Source: an uncultured delta proteobacterium | GTDB lineage: Bacteria; Myxococcota_A; Polyangia; Polyangiales; Polyangiaceae | Direction: 5' to 3' | Assembly (NCBI GenBank): GCA_963782055.1 | Contig: CAWAIF010000003.1 | Location: forward strand, 4,000,001 to 4,064,000 | DNA length: 64,000 nucleotides | Shown: in pieces, positions 1 through 10,073 of the stretch | How the letters are laid out: the number at the start of each line of letters is the position of its first letter | Position numbering within the stretch: position 1 is the first letter of the stretch | Program-made: the position numbers and the translations under genes | The notes under the pieces: model-generated | The model's database searches: none | What the model was told of the DNA's origin: nothing | What the model saw: the letters and a program-made list of their open reading frames with translations, nothing else

Positions 1-1
1 C

Positions 2-757
2 GCCTACAACCTGCGTCCGGACCGCGCCGACACAATCGTCCCTGCGACGGCGATCTTCCTGCGCCTCGCCGAGGTCTTCAAGATGGGCGCCATCCTCGCG
101 CCGGGCGTGGGGCTCAAGGAGGGCATCCTCATCGAGCTCGTCGACAAGCACTTCGACGTCTGGGACACGGCGGAGGAGGCGCAGGCCGTCATCCAGGCGT
201 GCGAGCGCATCGGCCGTCGCTACCAGTTCGACGAGGCGCACGGCCAGCTCGTCTCCCGCCTCGCCGCGCAGATCTTCGACGACACCGAGGACATCCACGG
301 CCTGGACGAGCGCGACAGGCTGCTGCTCCGCGCGGGCGCCATGCTCCACGACATCGGCGACTTCGTCCGCTACGACGGCCACCACAAGCACAGCTACTAC
401 CTGATCCAGAACTCCGACATCATCGGCCTGACACCCGACGAGCGCTCGGTCGTGGCCAACATCGCGCGCTACCACCGCAAGAGCCCGCCGGACCCCTCGC
501 ACCCCAACTTCCGGGATCTGGACAAGGAGTCACGCGGGAAGGTGCGGGCGCTCTCGGCGATCCTGCGCATCGCCGACGCGCTGGACCGCGAGCACCTGGG
601 CAAGGTGCAGAGCGTGAGCGCGCGCGTCGACGCGGCGAGGGGCAAGCTGCTGCTGAGCATCTCCGGCGACGAGGACCGCGAGCTGGAGGAGTGGACCGTC
701 CGCGCCAAGGCGGAGCTCCTGCGCGACGTGTTCGACCTCGACGTCGCCTTCGCGTGA
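2..757 (+). CDS. ppx: Ppx/GppA exopolyphosphatase family protein, C-terminal part with HD domain (5' truncated by window)
   Basis: Frame open from the window start (AYNLRPDRADTIVPA); GLKEG, AMLHDIG, HHKHSYYLI, IARYHRK and LRIADALD motifs. Confidence 0.9.
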   Translation, partial: AYNLRPDRADTIVPATAIFLRLAEVFKMGAILAPGVGLKEGILIELVDKHFDVWDTAEEAQAVIQACERIGRRYQFDEAHGQLVSRLAAQIFDDTEDIHGLDERDRLLLRAGAMLHDIGDFVRYDGHHKHSYYLIQNSDIIGLTPDERSVVANIARYHRKSPPDPSHPNFRDLDKESRGKVRALSAILRIADALDREHLGKVQSVSARVDAARGKLLLSISGDEDRELEEWTVRAKAELLRDVFDLDVAFA

Positions 758-838
758 CGTTCACTCCCCGACCCCATCGCTCGCTGGGATTCCCGCGTCG
801 TTCCGCGGTTGCGAGTCGTCCGGCAGAGGAGGAGAGGG

Positions 839-1453
839 TCAGTCGAAGTCCTCGATGCGCCAGACGCCGCCCTCGCGCTTCATGCGCACGTGGTGGCCGC
901 CGGGGACCTGCACCGAGGCGGTGTCGCCGGAGATCTGCACCGGCAGGGTCCCCGGCTTCTCCAGGCCCTCCACCAGCGAGCGCAGGTCCTGCTCCACCAT
1001 CGCCCGCGTTTGCGGCGTCAGCACGCGCATCAGTCCGGCGTAGCTGCGGCGCGCGACCACGCGGCGCAGGGCGTCCAGCGCCTCCTCCGGCGTACGGGAG
1101 CCGCCCGGCAGCGCGCCGGCGCTGGTGATCCAGAAGCGACCGCCCTTCAGATCGAGCGCGACCTCCTCGCCGTCCTCGAAGCGGAGGCGCGCGGTGGCCT
1201 GCACGCGCGCGCTCTTGGCGGTGATGTCCCTGGCCTCGTCGGCGAGCTCGCCGCGCTCGCCGGCGACGACCTTCTGGATGTCCTCGCGCGTGCGCGCCTT
1301 GCGCGCCTCCGAGGTCATCATCCCGTAGATGGCGTCGGCGTCGCCTGCGCGCGCCGCCTGCGCGTAGGCGTCCGCCGCGACCTTCGGGTCGGGGATCGAT
1401 GTCGAGGCGCACCCGGCGCAGAGCCACAGAGTGCCGAGGATCCAGGGGCGCAT
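839..1453 (-). CDS. hypothetical lipoprotein
   Basis: MRPWILGTLWLCAGC lipobox-like N-terminus; GC3-biased frame; TACAGT 8 nt upstream of the ATG. Confidence 0.7.
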   Translation of the reverse strand: MRPWILGTLWLCAGCASTSIPDPKVAADAYAQAARAGDADAIYGMMTSEARKARTREDIQKVVAGERGELADEARDITAKSARVQATARLRFEDGEEVALDLKGGRFWITSAGALPGGSRTPEEALDALRRVVARRSYAGLMRVLTPQTRAMVEQDLRSLVEGLEKPGTLPVQISGDTASVQVPGGHHVRMKREGGVWRIEDFD

Positions 1454-1519
1454 CCACGGGCACTGTAAATCGACGTGCACGATTCGGCTACGGCCAATCG
1501 CGACCGCAAAAGAGCGGGG

Positions 1520-2296
1520 TCAGGGCAGCAGGGCCGCGCGGCGCCTCATGAGAAAGGGCGCGTGCACCTGATCGTCCTTGTAGTTGGAGCAGAGGACGTA
1601 CATGGCGATGTTGACCGCCAGGCGGATGCCGTGCTCGCGCTGCTCGTCGCCGCCGGGGGTGACGGGCTCCTCCCAGACGCCGGTGGGGCCGCGGGCGAGC
1701 GCGCCGCCGATGTCGTGGCCGGAGAAGATGACCTGCGCCTCGCCTCCGCGGACGATGGCGTCCATCGAGGCGCGGCCGGCCACGCGGCCCTCCGCGCGAC
1801 GGAGCAGATAGAAGCTCCGGAACACGACGTGGTCGGTGCCGAGATCGATGGGCGCGGCGTCGGGCAGCACGCGGGCGAGCTCGCGCCGGGCGGACTGCCC
1901 GAAGGGGCCGGGCACGCCCTGGGGGGAGACCGCCGCGTCGTCGACGAGCATGACGCCACCGAGGGAGAAGAAGCGGCGCAGGCCGGCAATCTCGGCGCCG
2001 GTGAGCGGCGGAGCGGCGGTGGCGCCGCTCCAGTAGAGGAAGGGCGCGCTGGTGATCTCCGGGGCGTCGGCGCGAACGAGCGAGGGGCGGAGGCGGGCCG
2101 GCGCGCTCGTCCGCTGCACCAGCTCCCAGGACCAGCGGCCCGGCGCGGTGGGGTGCGCCGCGTCGGTCGCCGTGCCCACCAGCAGCACGCGCGGGTCGAA
2201 GGCGCCGACGTCGCCGAACGCCACCGCGCGCGAGGGGAAGAGCGCCACCAGCGCGGCCGCACACGCGAGCACCGGCAGGAGGTAGCGCCACCGCAT
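1520..2296 (-). CDS. DUF4159-like domain protein with signal peptide
   Basis: PFLYWSG, GGVMLVDD, HVVFRSFYLL and RLAVNIAMYVLCSNYKDDQVH motifs. Confidence 0.8.
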   Translation of the reverse strand: MRWRYLLPVLACAAALVALFPSRAVAFGDVGAFDPRVLLVGTATDAAHPTAPGRWSWELVQRTSAPARLRPSLVRADAPEITSAPFLYWSGATAAPPLTGAEIAGLRRFFSLGGVMLVDDAAVSPQGVPGPFGQSARRELARVLPDAAPIDLGTDHVVFRSFYLLRRAEGRVAGRASMDAIVRGGEAQVIFSGHDIGGALARGPTGVWEEPVTPGGDEQREHGIRLAVNIAMYVLCSNYKDDQVHAPFLMRRRAALLP

Positions 2297-2405
2297 GGGG
2301 CTGTTCATACCGCGAATCCGCGCGGGTGGCCCGTGGGACGTGCTGCCCTCAGGTGCCCCCGCGCTCGGGCTCGGGCCCGGGATGGGCGTGCTACAACGCC
2401 CGGCG

Positions 2406-4622
2406 ATGCCGACGACCCACCTCGCCGCGAGCAGCAATCTGCCGAGCTGGGTGGTCGTCCTCGCCTGCGTGCTCGCGGGGGTCTCGCTGGTGCTGCTGCT
2501 CTTCGAGCTGCGCCGCCGCGAGCGCGGGGGCGTCGCCATCGTCGTCACCGGCGTCGTCGCCATCGTCGCGCTCCTGCTCGCCGTCGTGCGGCCGGTGCGC
2601 GTCGCCGCGCGGGAGAGCGTCGTCGGCGCGCGCGTGGCGGTCCTGGGCGACGTCTCCCGATCGATGGCGCTCGCCGACGAGCACGGGACGCGCGCGGAGG
2701 AGCGCGACCGGGCGATCGAGGCGCTGACGAAGGCCGCGACGAGCGCGCGACTGGAGCCCCTCGGCTTCGGGGACGGCGCGCCGGCGCCGCTCGCCCCGGC
2801 GGACGCCAGGCACGTGGCGCTGGCGGCGCACAGCGATCTCGGCGCGGCCATCCGCGCGCTCGCGGCCTCGCCGGCGGAGCGGCCCAACGCCATCGTCGTC
2901 GTGTCGGACGGACGCCTGGACGACCCGCCGGCCGACGCCCCCAAGACGGCGCTGAAGGAGCTCGGCGAGGTCCTGCACGTCCCCATCCACACCATCGCCA
3001 CGACGCGGGACGCGCCCGCCGACGCCAGCATCCGCAAGGTCTCCACCGCCGGCGCGGCGGTGGCGCACGCGCCCCTCCCCCTCAAGATCGAGGTGGGGTG
3101 CGCGGGCGGCCTCGCCTGCGACGAGCTGCCCGTCACGGTGCGCGAGCTCCGCCACGACGGCCCGCCCGCGCTGCTCGCCAGCGGCCTCGCCCACGTCAAG
3201 GACGGCTCGGCGGTCATCGACCTGCCCATCACCCTGGAGCGCGCGGGCGTGCGCATCGTCGAGGTCTCGCTCGGCGGCGTGAGCGGCGACACGGTGCCGG
3301 AGAACGACCGGCGCCTGCTCGCCTTCGACGTCGCGCGCGAGCGGGTGCGCGTGCTGCACGTCGCCGGCCGCCCGACCAACGACGTGCGCGCGCTGCGGCA
3401 GTGGCTCAAGAGCGACGCCTCGGTGGACGTGGTGGCGTTCTTCATCCTTCGCACGCCCACCGACAACGTGAACGCCTCGCAGGACGAGCTCGCGCTCATC
3501 CCCTTCCCCGTCGACGAGCTCTTCAGCAAGCACCTGCCCTCCTTCGACGCCGTCGTGCTGCAGGACTTCGACGCGCAGCCCTACGGCCTGGAGCGCCACC
3601 TGCCGGAGATCGCCGCCTACGTGCGCAACGGCGGCGGGCTGGTGATGGTGGGTGGCCCCAACAGCTTCGTCGCCGGCGGCTACGCCGGCACGCCGCTGGC
3701 GAGCGTGCTGCCGGTCGGGCTGGACGGTTCGAGCGGCGCGACCGCAGCGGACACCGCGCCCTTCGTCCCGTCGTGGACCGCCGCCGGGCGCGCGGCGCCG
3801 CTCCTCGGGCCCCTGCGCGGCGTCGTCGGCGACGAGCTGCCCGAGATGCCCGGCGCCAACGTGCTCGGCGACGCGCGGCCCGGCGCGGTGACCCTCTGGT
3901 CGCACCCGCAGCGGCGCACCAAGAGCGGCGCCCCCATGCCGGTGCTCGCGGTGGCCGACGTGGGCAACGGCCGGTCCGTCGCGCTGGGCGTCGACGGCGG
4001 GTGGCTGATGAAGTTCTCCGAGCTGGGCGCGCGCACGCAGGGCCGCGGCTACGGCGCGCTGTGGGACGGCCTGCTCGGGTGGCTGATGCGCGACCCGCGC
4101 TTCGAGCCCGCGCAGATCGAGCTGGGGTCGGGCGGGTGCGTGGCCGGCGCGCCGACGACGCTCCACGTCCGTACCACCCCGACCGCCAAGACCGCCGACA
4201 TCTCCCTCGACGTCACCCGCATGGACGCGGCGATGCAGCCCGTCCACCTGGAGCGCAAGGCGCAGGTGCTGGGCACCCCCTTCGACGTCTCGCTGCCCGC
4301 GCTCCCCGCCGGCGGCTACTCGGCGCTGCTGCGCATCGGTGACGGCGCGACCACCCGACGCGACTTCGCCTGCGAGGCGGGCGGCGACGAGTGGGCCGAC
4401 ACACGCCCCGACGTCGAGCGGCTGCGCCGCCTCGCGGAGGCCACGGGGGGCACCTTCCGCTTCGCGAGCGACGACATGGCCGCGCTGCCCATGCCCAAGG
4501 CGACGGTGGTGAGCGCCGAGCGTCACGTCGTGCCCATCGCCCCGCCGTGGGTGTGGGCGCTGGCGGCGGCGTCGCTGCTGGGCCTGCACTGGTACGCGCG
4601 CCGGCGCAGCGGCCTGTCTTGA
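2406..4622 (+). CDS. membrane protein with vWA-like and class I glutamine amidotransferase-like domains
   Basis: Two N-terminal TM helices, DVSRSM and VVSDG (vWA-like), FFILRTP, ELALIPFP, GGGLVMVGG, C-terminal TM ending RRRSGL. Confidence 0.75.
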   Translation: MPTTHLAASSNLPSWVVVLACVLAGVSLVLLLFELRRRERGGVAIVVTGVVAIVALLLAVVRPVRVAARESVVGARVAVLGDVSRSMALADEHGTRAEERDRAIEALTKAATSARLEPLGFGDGAPAPLAPADARHVALAAHSDLGAAIRALAASPAERPNAIVVVSDGRLDDPPADAPKTALKELGEVLHVPIHTIATTRDAPADASIRKVSTAGAAVAHAPLPLKIEVGCAGGLACDELPVTVRELRHDGPPALLASGLAHVKDGSAVIDLPITLERAGVRIVEVSLGGVSGDTVPENDRRLLAFDVARERVRVLHVAGRPTNDVRALRQWLKSDASVDVVAFFILRTPTDNVNASQDELALIPFPVDELFSKHLPSFDAVVLQDFDAQPYGLERHLPEIAAYVRNGGGLVMVGGPNSFVAGGYAGTPLASVLPVGLDGSSGATAADTAPFVPSWTAAGRAAPLLGPLRGVVGDELPEMPGANVLGDARPGAVTLWSHPQRRTKSGAPMPVLAVADVGNGRSVALGVDGGWLMKFSELGARTQGRGYGALWDGLLGWLMRDPRFEPAQIELGSGGCVAGAPTTLHVRTTPTAKTADISLDVTRMDAAMQPVHLERKAQVLGTPFDVSLPALPAGGYSALLRIGDGATTRRDFACEAGGDEWADTRPDVERLRRLAEATGGTFRFASDDMAALPMPKATVVSAERHVVPIAPPWVWALAAASLLGLHWYARRRSGLS

Positions 4623-4669
4623 TCGCACGGCGCCCGCCCCCGCCGCGGCGACGTGCTACCTTTCGGCCC

Positions 4670-7168
4670 GTGCGCGTCGCGCGACAATCGCTCCCGCTGC
4701 TCGTCCTCCTCCTCGGCCTGGCGCCCTCGGCCCACGCGCTGGTGTGGCCGGACGTGCCCGAGCGCATCGAGCGCGGCCTCTCTTCGTCCGACCCGGCCGC
4801 ACGCCGCGCCGCGGCGCTGCAGATCCGCTCCCTCGGCGTGGCCAGGGCCGCGCCGCTGCTGCGCGAGGCGCTGGGCGATCCGGACGTGGAGGTCCGCCTG
4901 GCCGCTGCCGACGCGGCGATCCGCCTGCGGTGGGCCCCCGCCACGCAGGAGGTCCTGCCCTGGCTCGGCGACCGCGAGACGCGCCTGCGCATCGAGGCGT
5001 GCGCCGTCGCCCGCGCCCTGCCGTCGCCCGACGCCATCCCCCACCTGGCGCGCGCGCTCTCCGACGCCGAGGCCACCGTCCGCGGCGCCGCCGCCGAGGC
5101 GCTCGGCACGCAGCACTCGGCCGACGCGGTCACCCCGCTGCTCGGCAAGCTGGACGATCCGGCGCCCCCGGTGCGCATCGCCGTCGTGCGATCGCTCGCG
5201 CGGCTCGGCGACCGGCGCGCGGTCGTGCCGCTCGTCGGCAAGGTGCAGGACTCGGTGACCGACGTGCGCAAGGAGGTGGCGCGCGCGCTCGGCGATCTGG
5301 GCGACCCGCGCGCCTCGCAGGCGTTGCTGCTCGAGCTGCGCGACAACCTCAACGACGTGCGCATCGAGGCGCTCCACGCGCTCGGCCGCCTGCGCGCCCG
5401 CGACGCCGTCGACGCCATCGCCCCCCTCGCCAAGGACCGCATGCCGACGCTGCGGCAGGCGGCGATCCAGGCGCTCGGGCGCATCGGCAACGCCGACGCT
5501 GTCGAGGCCCTCATCGGCCTGCTCGGCCTGGGCGAGGACGCCGCCGGCACCCTCGACCGCACGCCGGTGCGCGACGCCCTCGTCGCCTCCGGCGCGCCCG
5601 CCGCGCCCCTGCTCGCCAAGGTGGTCCGCGATCCGCCGAGCGTGACCGCCGCGGTGAGCGCGGCCTGGGTGCTCGGCGAGCTGCGCGCCACCGGCGAGTC
5701 GAAGACGATCATCGCGGCGATGCGACGCGGCTCCTTGCCGGCAGCGGCGGCGCTGCACGCGCTCGGCGGCACCGGCGGGCCCGACGCCATCCCGGTGGTG
5801 CTGGAGTTCGCGATCGACGCCAACCCGCAGGTGCGCACCGAGGCGCTGGCCGCGGCCTCCCGGCTCCTCGACCCCGCGCACCCCGACGGCCGCTTCGTCG
5901 AGCCCCTCGTGGCCGCGCTCAAGGAGCCTCGCCTGTCCCTCCAGGACCGCGCGGCCGTCGCGCGGTTGCTCGGCAAGACGGGCTCACCGCGCGCGGCGCC
6001 GCCGCTCTCCGGGCTGCTCGGGGCCAAGGACGCCACGCTGCGGCTGGCGGCGATCGACGCCCTCGGCACGCTCGGGCAGCCCGCCGCCGACGACGCGCTG
6101 GTGCCGCTGCTGGCCGAGGCGGACCCGAGCGTGCGCCTTCATGCGGCGGTCGCGCTCAGCGAGGCCGGGGGGCCGCGCGCCCGCGACGCGCTGCTCGCCA
6201 AGCTGGACGCCAGCGAGGAGACCGACCGCGCCGCGGTGCTCACCGCGCTGGCCGGCGTGCTCTCGCGCTCCCCCACCCCCGCGGCGATCGCCCGGCTGAC
6301 GCACGAGCTGGACCTCGCCGCCGGCGCCGAGCGCGACGCCGTGCTCCTCGCCGTCGGCCGCGCGCCCATTCCGTCGGCGGGGGCGCTCCTCGCGCGTGCC
6401 GCTCGCTCCGAGACGATCGAGGACCGCCGCGCGGTGGCGACGTTGCTCCCCGCCCGGTCCGCCGCGGAGGCCGCTCCCCTCGCCACCGCGCTCCTCGCCG
6501 ACCCTGACGCGTCGGTGCGCGCGCAGGCCGCCTGGGCCCTCGGCACCCTCGGCACGCCGGCCGTCGCCCCGCGCCTGGTCGCCCAGACCTCCGGCGCCGA
6601 CGACCCCGCGGCCATCGACGCCACCGCCGCGCTCGGCCGCATCGCCGCGCGCGCCCACCAGCCCGATCTCGCCGCCAAGTGGCTCTGCCCGCGCCTCGCC
6701 GCGCCGCACCCTTACGTCCGCGCCAACGCCCTCGCCGGCCTCGCCCTGGCGCGCGCGCGCTGCGGCGACGGCGCGAGGGAGCGAGCGCTCCTGCTCGAGG
6801 ACGACAACGACGCGGTGCGCGCCGCCGCCGCGCGCGCCGTGCGCAACCCCGCCGCCGGCACCGCGCCGAGGACGACGGAGGACACCCGCGTGCTGGAGGT
6901 CTGCGCCACCTCCGACCGCTCCCCGGCCGTCGCGCGGGAGTGCAGCCACCCATCCCGTCCGGCCTCCGGCTCGCACCCGCTGCTCGTCTACGTCGTCCCG
7001 GACGACGGCCCGGCGCCCGTGCCCCGGAGCGCCTACGCCATCGCCCTGTCCGACGGCATGACCCACGCCGGCACGACCGATCGCCGCGGCGCCGTCTTCA
7101 ATCCCGCCGTGCCGGACGGCGTGGTCACCCTGCGCCCGGCCGTCGTCCCGCGCGACACGCGGCGCTGA
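4670..7168 (+). CDS. exported HEAT-repeat protein
   Basis: Signal peptide, then many L.D.D..VR..AA.ALG repeats; GTG start 7 nt after TACCTT. Confidence 0.85.
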   Translation: MRVARQSLPLLVLLLGLAPSAHALVWPDVPERIERGLSSSDPAARRAAALQIRSLGVARAAPLLREALGDPDVEVRLAAADAAIRLRWAPATQEVLPWLGDRETRLRIEACAVARALPSPDAIPHLARALSDAEATVRGAAAEALGTQHSADAVTPLLGKLDDPAPPVRIAVVRSLARLGDRRAVVPLVGKVQDSVTDVRKEVARALGDLGDPRASQALLLELRDNLNDVRIEALHALGRLRARDAVDAIAPLAKDRMPTLRQAAIQALGRIGNADAVEALIGLLGLGEDAAGTLDRTPVRDALVASGAPAAPLLAKVVRDPPSVTAAVSAAWVLGELRATGESKTIIAAMRRGSLPAAAALHALGGTGGPDAIPVVLEFAIDANPQVRTEALAAASRLLDPAHPDGRFVEPLVAALKEPRLSLQDRAAVARLLGKTGSPRAAPPLSGLLGAKDATLRLAAIDALGTLGQPAADDALVPLLAEADPSVRLHAAVALSEAGGPRARDALLAKLDASEETDRAAVLTALAGVLSRSPTPAAIARLTHELDLAAGAERDAVLLAVGRAPIPSAGALLARAARSETIEDRRAVATLLPARSAAEAAPLATALLADPDASVRAQAAWALGTLGTPAVAPRLVAQTSGADDPAAIDATAALGRIAARAHQPDLAAKWLCPRLAAPHPYVRANALAGLALARARCGDGARERALLLEDDNDAVRAAAARAVRNPAAGTAPRTTEDTRVLEVCATSDRSPAVARECSHPSRPASGSHPLLVYVVPDDGPAPVPRSAYAIALSDGMTHAGTTDRRGAVFNPAVPDGVVTLRPAVVPRDTRR

Positions 7169-7187
7169 TCACTGCGCCCGCGGGGCC

Positions 7188-7559
7188 TCAGGACTCGAAG
7201 TACGCGGCCGCGCAGACGTCGTTCTCCCAGATCTCCACGCGGTGGACCCGCACGCGGCCGTCCTCCACCTTCGCCGCCAGGTTCTGGAACACCACGCGCG
7301 CGATGTTCTCCGCGGTGGGGTTCACGTCGTCGAAGGGTTGCACCTCGTTGAGGAACACGTGCTCGTAGGGCTCGACGATCGCGCGGAGCGCCGGGCCGAG
7401 CTCGTTGAAGTCCATCACGAAGCCGCGAGAGTCCAGCTCGGCGGCGCGGATCGTCGCGCGGATGCGCCAGTTGTGCCCGTGCAGGCGCTCGCCCTCTCCC
7501 GGCGCGAGGCGAAGCTGGTGGGCGGCGGCGACGACGGTCTCGGTGCTGATTTCCCACAT
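7188..7559 (-). CDS. queD: 6-carboxytetrahydropterin synthase (QueD/PTPS)
   Basis: AAHQL, LHGHNW, VMDF, NPTAENIA and WE motifs. Confidence 0.9.
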   Translation of the reverse strand: MWEISTETVVAAAHQLRLAPGEGERLHGHNWRIRATIRAAELDSRGFVMDFNELGPALRAIVEPYEHVFLNEVQPFDDVNPTAENIARVVFQNLAAKVEDGRVRVHRVEIWENDVCAAAYFES

Positions 7560-7632
7560 GGCGCGCTCACTCGTTAGCACCGATGCCGCCTGACCACCAT
7601 ACCGGGCCCCTCGATCGTGCTATGGCCCATGC

Positions 7633-8238
7633 GTGGCCAAGCGCTTCCGTCGAAAGGACGCCGAGCCGGAGGGCATCGACGCGATCCTCGCGCGCGCCGG
7701 GGAGGATCGCTTCGCTCCGCGCCGTCCTCCGGTGACGCCGGTGGTGTGGCGGCAGGCCGTCGGCCCGCGCGTCGCGGAGCGCACCGTGCCGCTCTCGCTG
7801 AGCCGCGGCACGCTCCTCGTCCAGACGGCGACGAGCGCGTGGGCCAGCGAGCTATCCCTCCTGCAGGCGGAGATCGTGGAGCGCCTGCGCCGTCAGGGTA
7901 TCCAGGTCAACGCGCTGCGCTTCCGCGCCGGGCCGGTGGCGCCGCCGCAGCGCCCGGCGGAGCGCCGCACCAGCCGCACGGTGCCACCTCCCACCGAACT
8001 CCCGCCGCGGCTCGCGCGCGCGGTGCGAGGCATCCCGGACGAGGAGCTGCGCGGCGCGGTGGAGCAGGCCGCGCGCGCCAACCTCGCCTGGCAGGAGCAG
8101 GTGCCTATCGAATTGCGGCCAGCCGCTCCAGCCCCTCCAGCCGCTGAAACAGAAAGCGCTCCGCCGGACCGAAGCCGGCGAGCTGCTCGTGCAAGAGCTC
8201 CAGGTACTCCCGCAGGCGGTCGCGGTCGATCGCGGTGA
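7633..8238 (+). CDS. DUF721/DciA family protein with Pro/Arg-rich tail
   Basis: W.QAVG..VAERT.P......TLLV....SAWASEL motif typical of DUF721. Confidence 0.7.
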   Translation: MAKRFRRKDAEPEGIDAILARAGEDRFAPRRPPVTPVVWRQAVGPRVAERTVPLSLSRGTLLVQTATSAWASELSLLQAEIVERLRRQGIQVNALRFRAGPVAPPQRPAERRTSRTVPPPTELPPRLARAVRGIPDEELRGAVEQAARANLAWQEQVPIELRPAAPAPPAAETESAPPDRSRRAARARAPGTPAGGRGRSR

Positions 8239-8971
8239 CGCGCCGGAAGGCGTTGTACAGCTCGTCGATGACCGGCGCGGGCGCGAGGCGCGCCTGCGAG
8301 CAGTACAGCTCGATGACGTAGTCCGCCCACGGGCCCTTGCCCGTCGCCGTCGCCAGCCGCGCGGAGAAGCGCGCCGCCTGGTCCGCGAGCGTCGGCGTGA
8401 TGCGCTTGCCCGCGCGCGCGGCCTCGATCACGTCCGCCAGGGGCGAGGCCAGGATGCGCTCCGCCTCCGCCGCCCGTCCCATCGCCAGCGCCTTCTCGGC
8501 CACGCCGCCGAGCAGGTTGAAGGCGTCGGCGCGTCGCACCATGCTGACGTCGCTGTTGTCCTCCCAGTTGGGCGGCCCAGTGGGCCCCGCGGGGGCGGCC
8601 GGCGGATCGCCGCCGACGGCGGCGGACATGTCCGGCATGCGCGGCAGGGTCATCTTGAGGGGGTTGCGGGTCATGGTGGGCGGGCCGCCGCTCTGGCCGC
8701 CGACGAGCAGCATCTCCTGCGAGCCGATCTGGATGCGATCGCCCGGACGGAGGATCACCCTGCCCGTGATGCGCTCGCCGTTCACCGAGACGCCGTTGCG
8801 GCTGCCGAGGTCCTCGACCGTCACCGCGTCGTCGCGCACCATGAGCATCCCGTGGCGGCGCGACACCAGCGGGTCGTCGAGGGAGAGCTGGCAGCTCGCG
8901 TTGCGACCCACCACGAACTCGCCTTCGTTGAGCTCCAGATCGTGGTTCAGGTAGCGCAGCCGGAAGCGCAT
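8105..8971 (-). CDS. FHA domain protein
   Basis: GR, VSRRH and DLGSRNG FHA motifs; helical C-terminal domain. Confidence 0.9.
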   Translation of the reverse strand: MRFRLRYLNHDLELNEGEFVVGRNASCQLSLDDPLVSRRHGMLMVRDDAVTVEDLGSRNGVSVNGERITGRVILRPGDRIQIGSQEMLLVGGQSGGPPTMTRNPLKMTLPRMPDMSAAVGGDPPAAPAGPTGPPNWEDNSDVSMVRRADAFNLLGGVAEKALAMGRAAEAERILASPLADVIEAARAGKRITPTLADQAARFSARLATATGKGPWADYVIELYCSQARLAPAPVIDELYNAFRRVTAIDRDRLREYLELLHEQLAGFGPAERFLFQRLEGLERLAAIR

Positions 8972-9062
8972 CGTCTTTCAGTTTGTACCGCTCCGCCACG
9001 CGCCGCGGCAAGCTTGCGGCGGGCGGCGCCCTGCCCGGAGCACGCCCCCCGTCGGCGCCATC

Positions 9063-9966
9063 TCAGGAGAGCACGGGATTTCGCGTGGTGGTGTCCGGGT
9101 CCGGCGGCGCCCCCATGACCCGCGCGAGCGACTCCAGCCGCGCGGCCACCGACGCGGCCTCGGGGTCGGTGTGTCCGCGCAGGGCGAGCACCAGCTCGGC
9201 CACCGGCTGGGCGAGCTCCGACCGGAAGGTGAGCGCCACCCGGCCGATGTCCTCCAGCGCGGACTCCGGCGGGACCTGGCGCGCGCGCACGTACGCGCGG
9301 ACGCCCCACATGGCGTGGACCGGCTCCCGTGTGGAGATCGCTCGCCCGGCAGGTGGCCTCGCACACCAGCGCGAGCTGGCGGCCGTCGATCGGCTCGCCG
9401 GCGGCGATGCGATCGTCCACCTGGGCGATGATCCGCCCGAGCGCCCGGACGGCGTCGGCGTGGCGGCCCAGGGTGAGCGCGCGTTCGAGCACCTCGAGCA
9501 GGAGCTGCACGCCCCACGAGTGCTGCGACTCCGCGCCGAGCTGGCCGGTCATGGTGTCCTCCTCCACCTGCTCGGTCGAGCCGCAGTTGGGGCACTGCAG
9601 GCTCTCCCTGGCGTAGGGCAGGCGGCAGCGCGCGCAGTGCTGGAGGAAGCCGGTTGTCTTGGCGACGTGGGGCCCGGAGGACTCGCCGAGCTCGCAGAAG
9701 ACGAGCTCCTGCGTGCCGATGCGCAGGCGGTCGCCGTCCTTGAGCCGCGCCGGCGACTTGACCGCGATCCCGTTCACCTTGACGCCGTTGCGACTGCCGA
9801 GGTCCTCGAGCTGCGCGCCACCCTCGTCGATGACGATGCGCGCGTGCTGCCGCGAGACCAGCGGGTCCTCGATCGTCACGTGGCACTCCGGGCTACGCCC
9901 GACGAGCGTGATCCCGCGCGGCAGGTCGATCTCCTGGAGCAAGAAGCGGAGCCGGAAGCGGGCCAT
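9063..9966 (-). CDS. FHA domain plus Zn-ribbon protein, with an apparent +1 frameshift near 9333
   Basis: FHA motifs GR/VSRQH/DLGSRNG; CARC...CPNC; the coding-like frame continues as TREPVHAMWGVRAY... (ORF 9063..9311), which aligns with the paralog's C-terminus. Confidence 0.8.
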
Positions 9967-10073
9967 CCAACCGAACTATACCGCAGAAGACGTTGCGGTT
10001 CGACGCCTCCACGCGTGGCGCGTTCGCCCTTCGCCGAACGCGCGCGATCTGGTATCTTGGGCCGCACCCTCGT

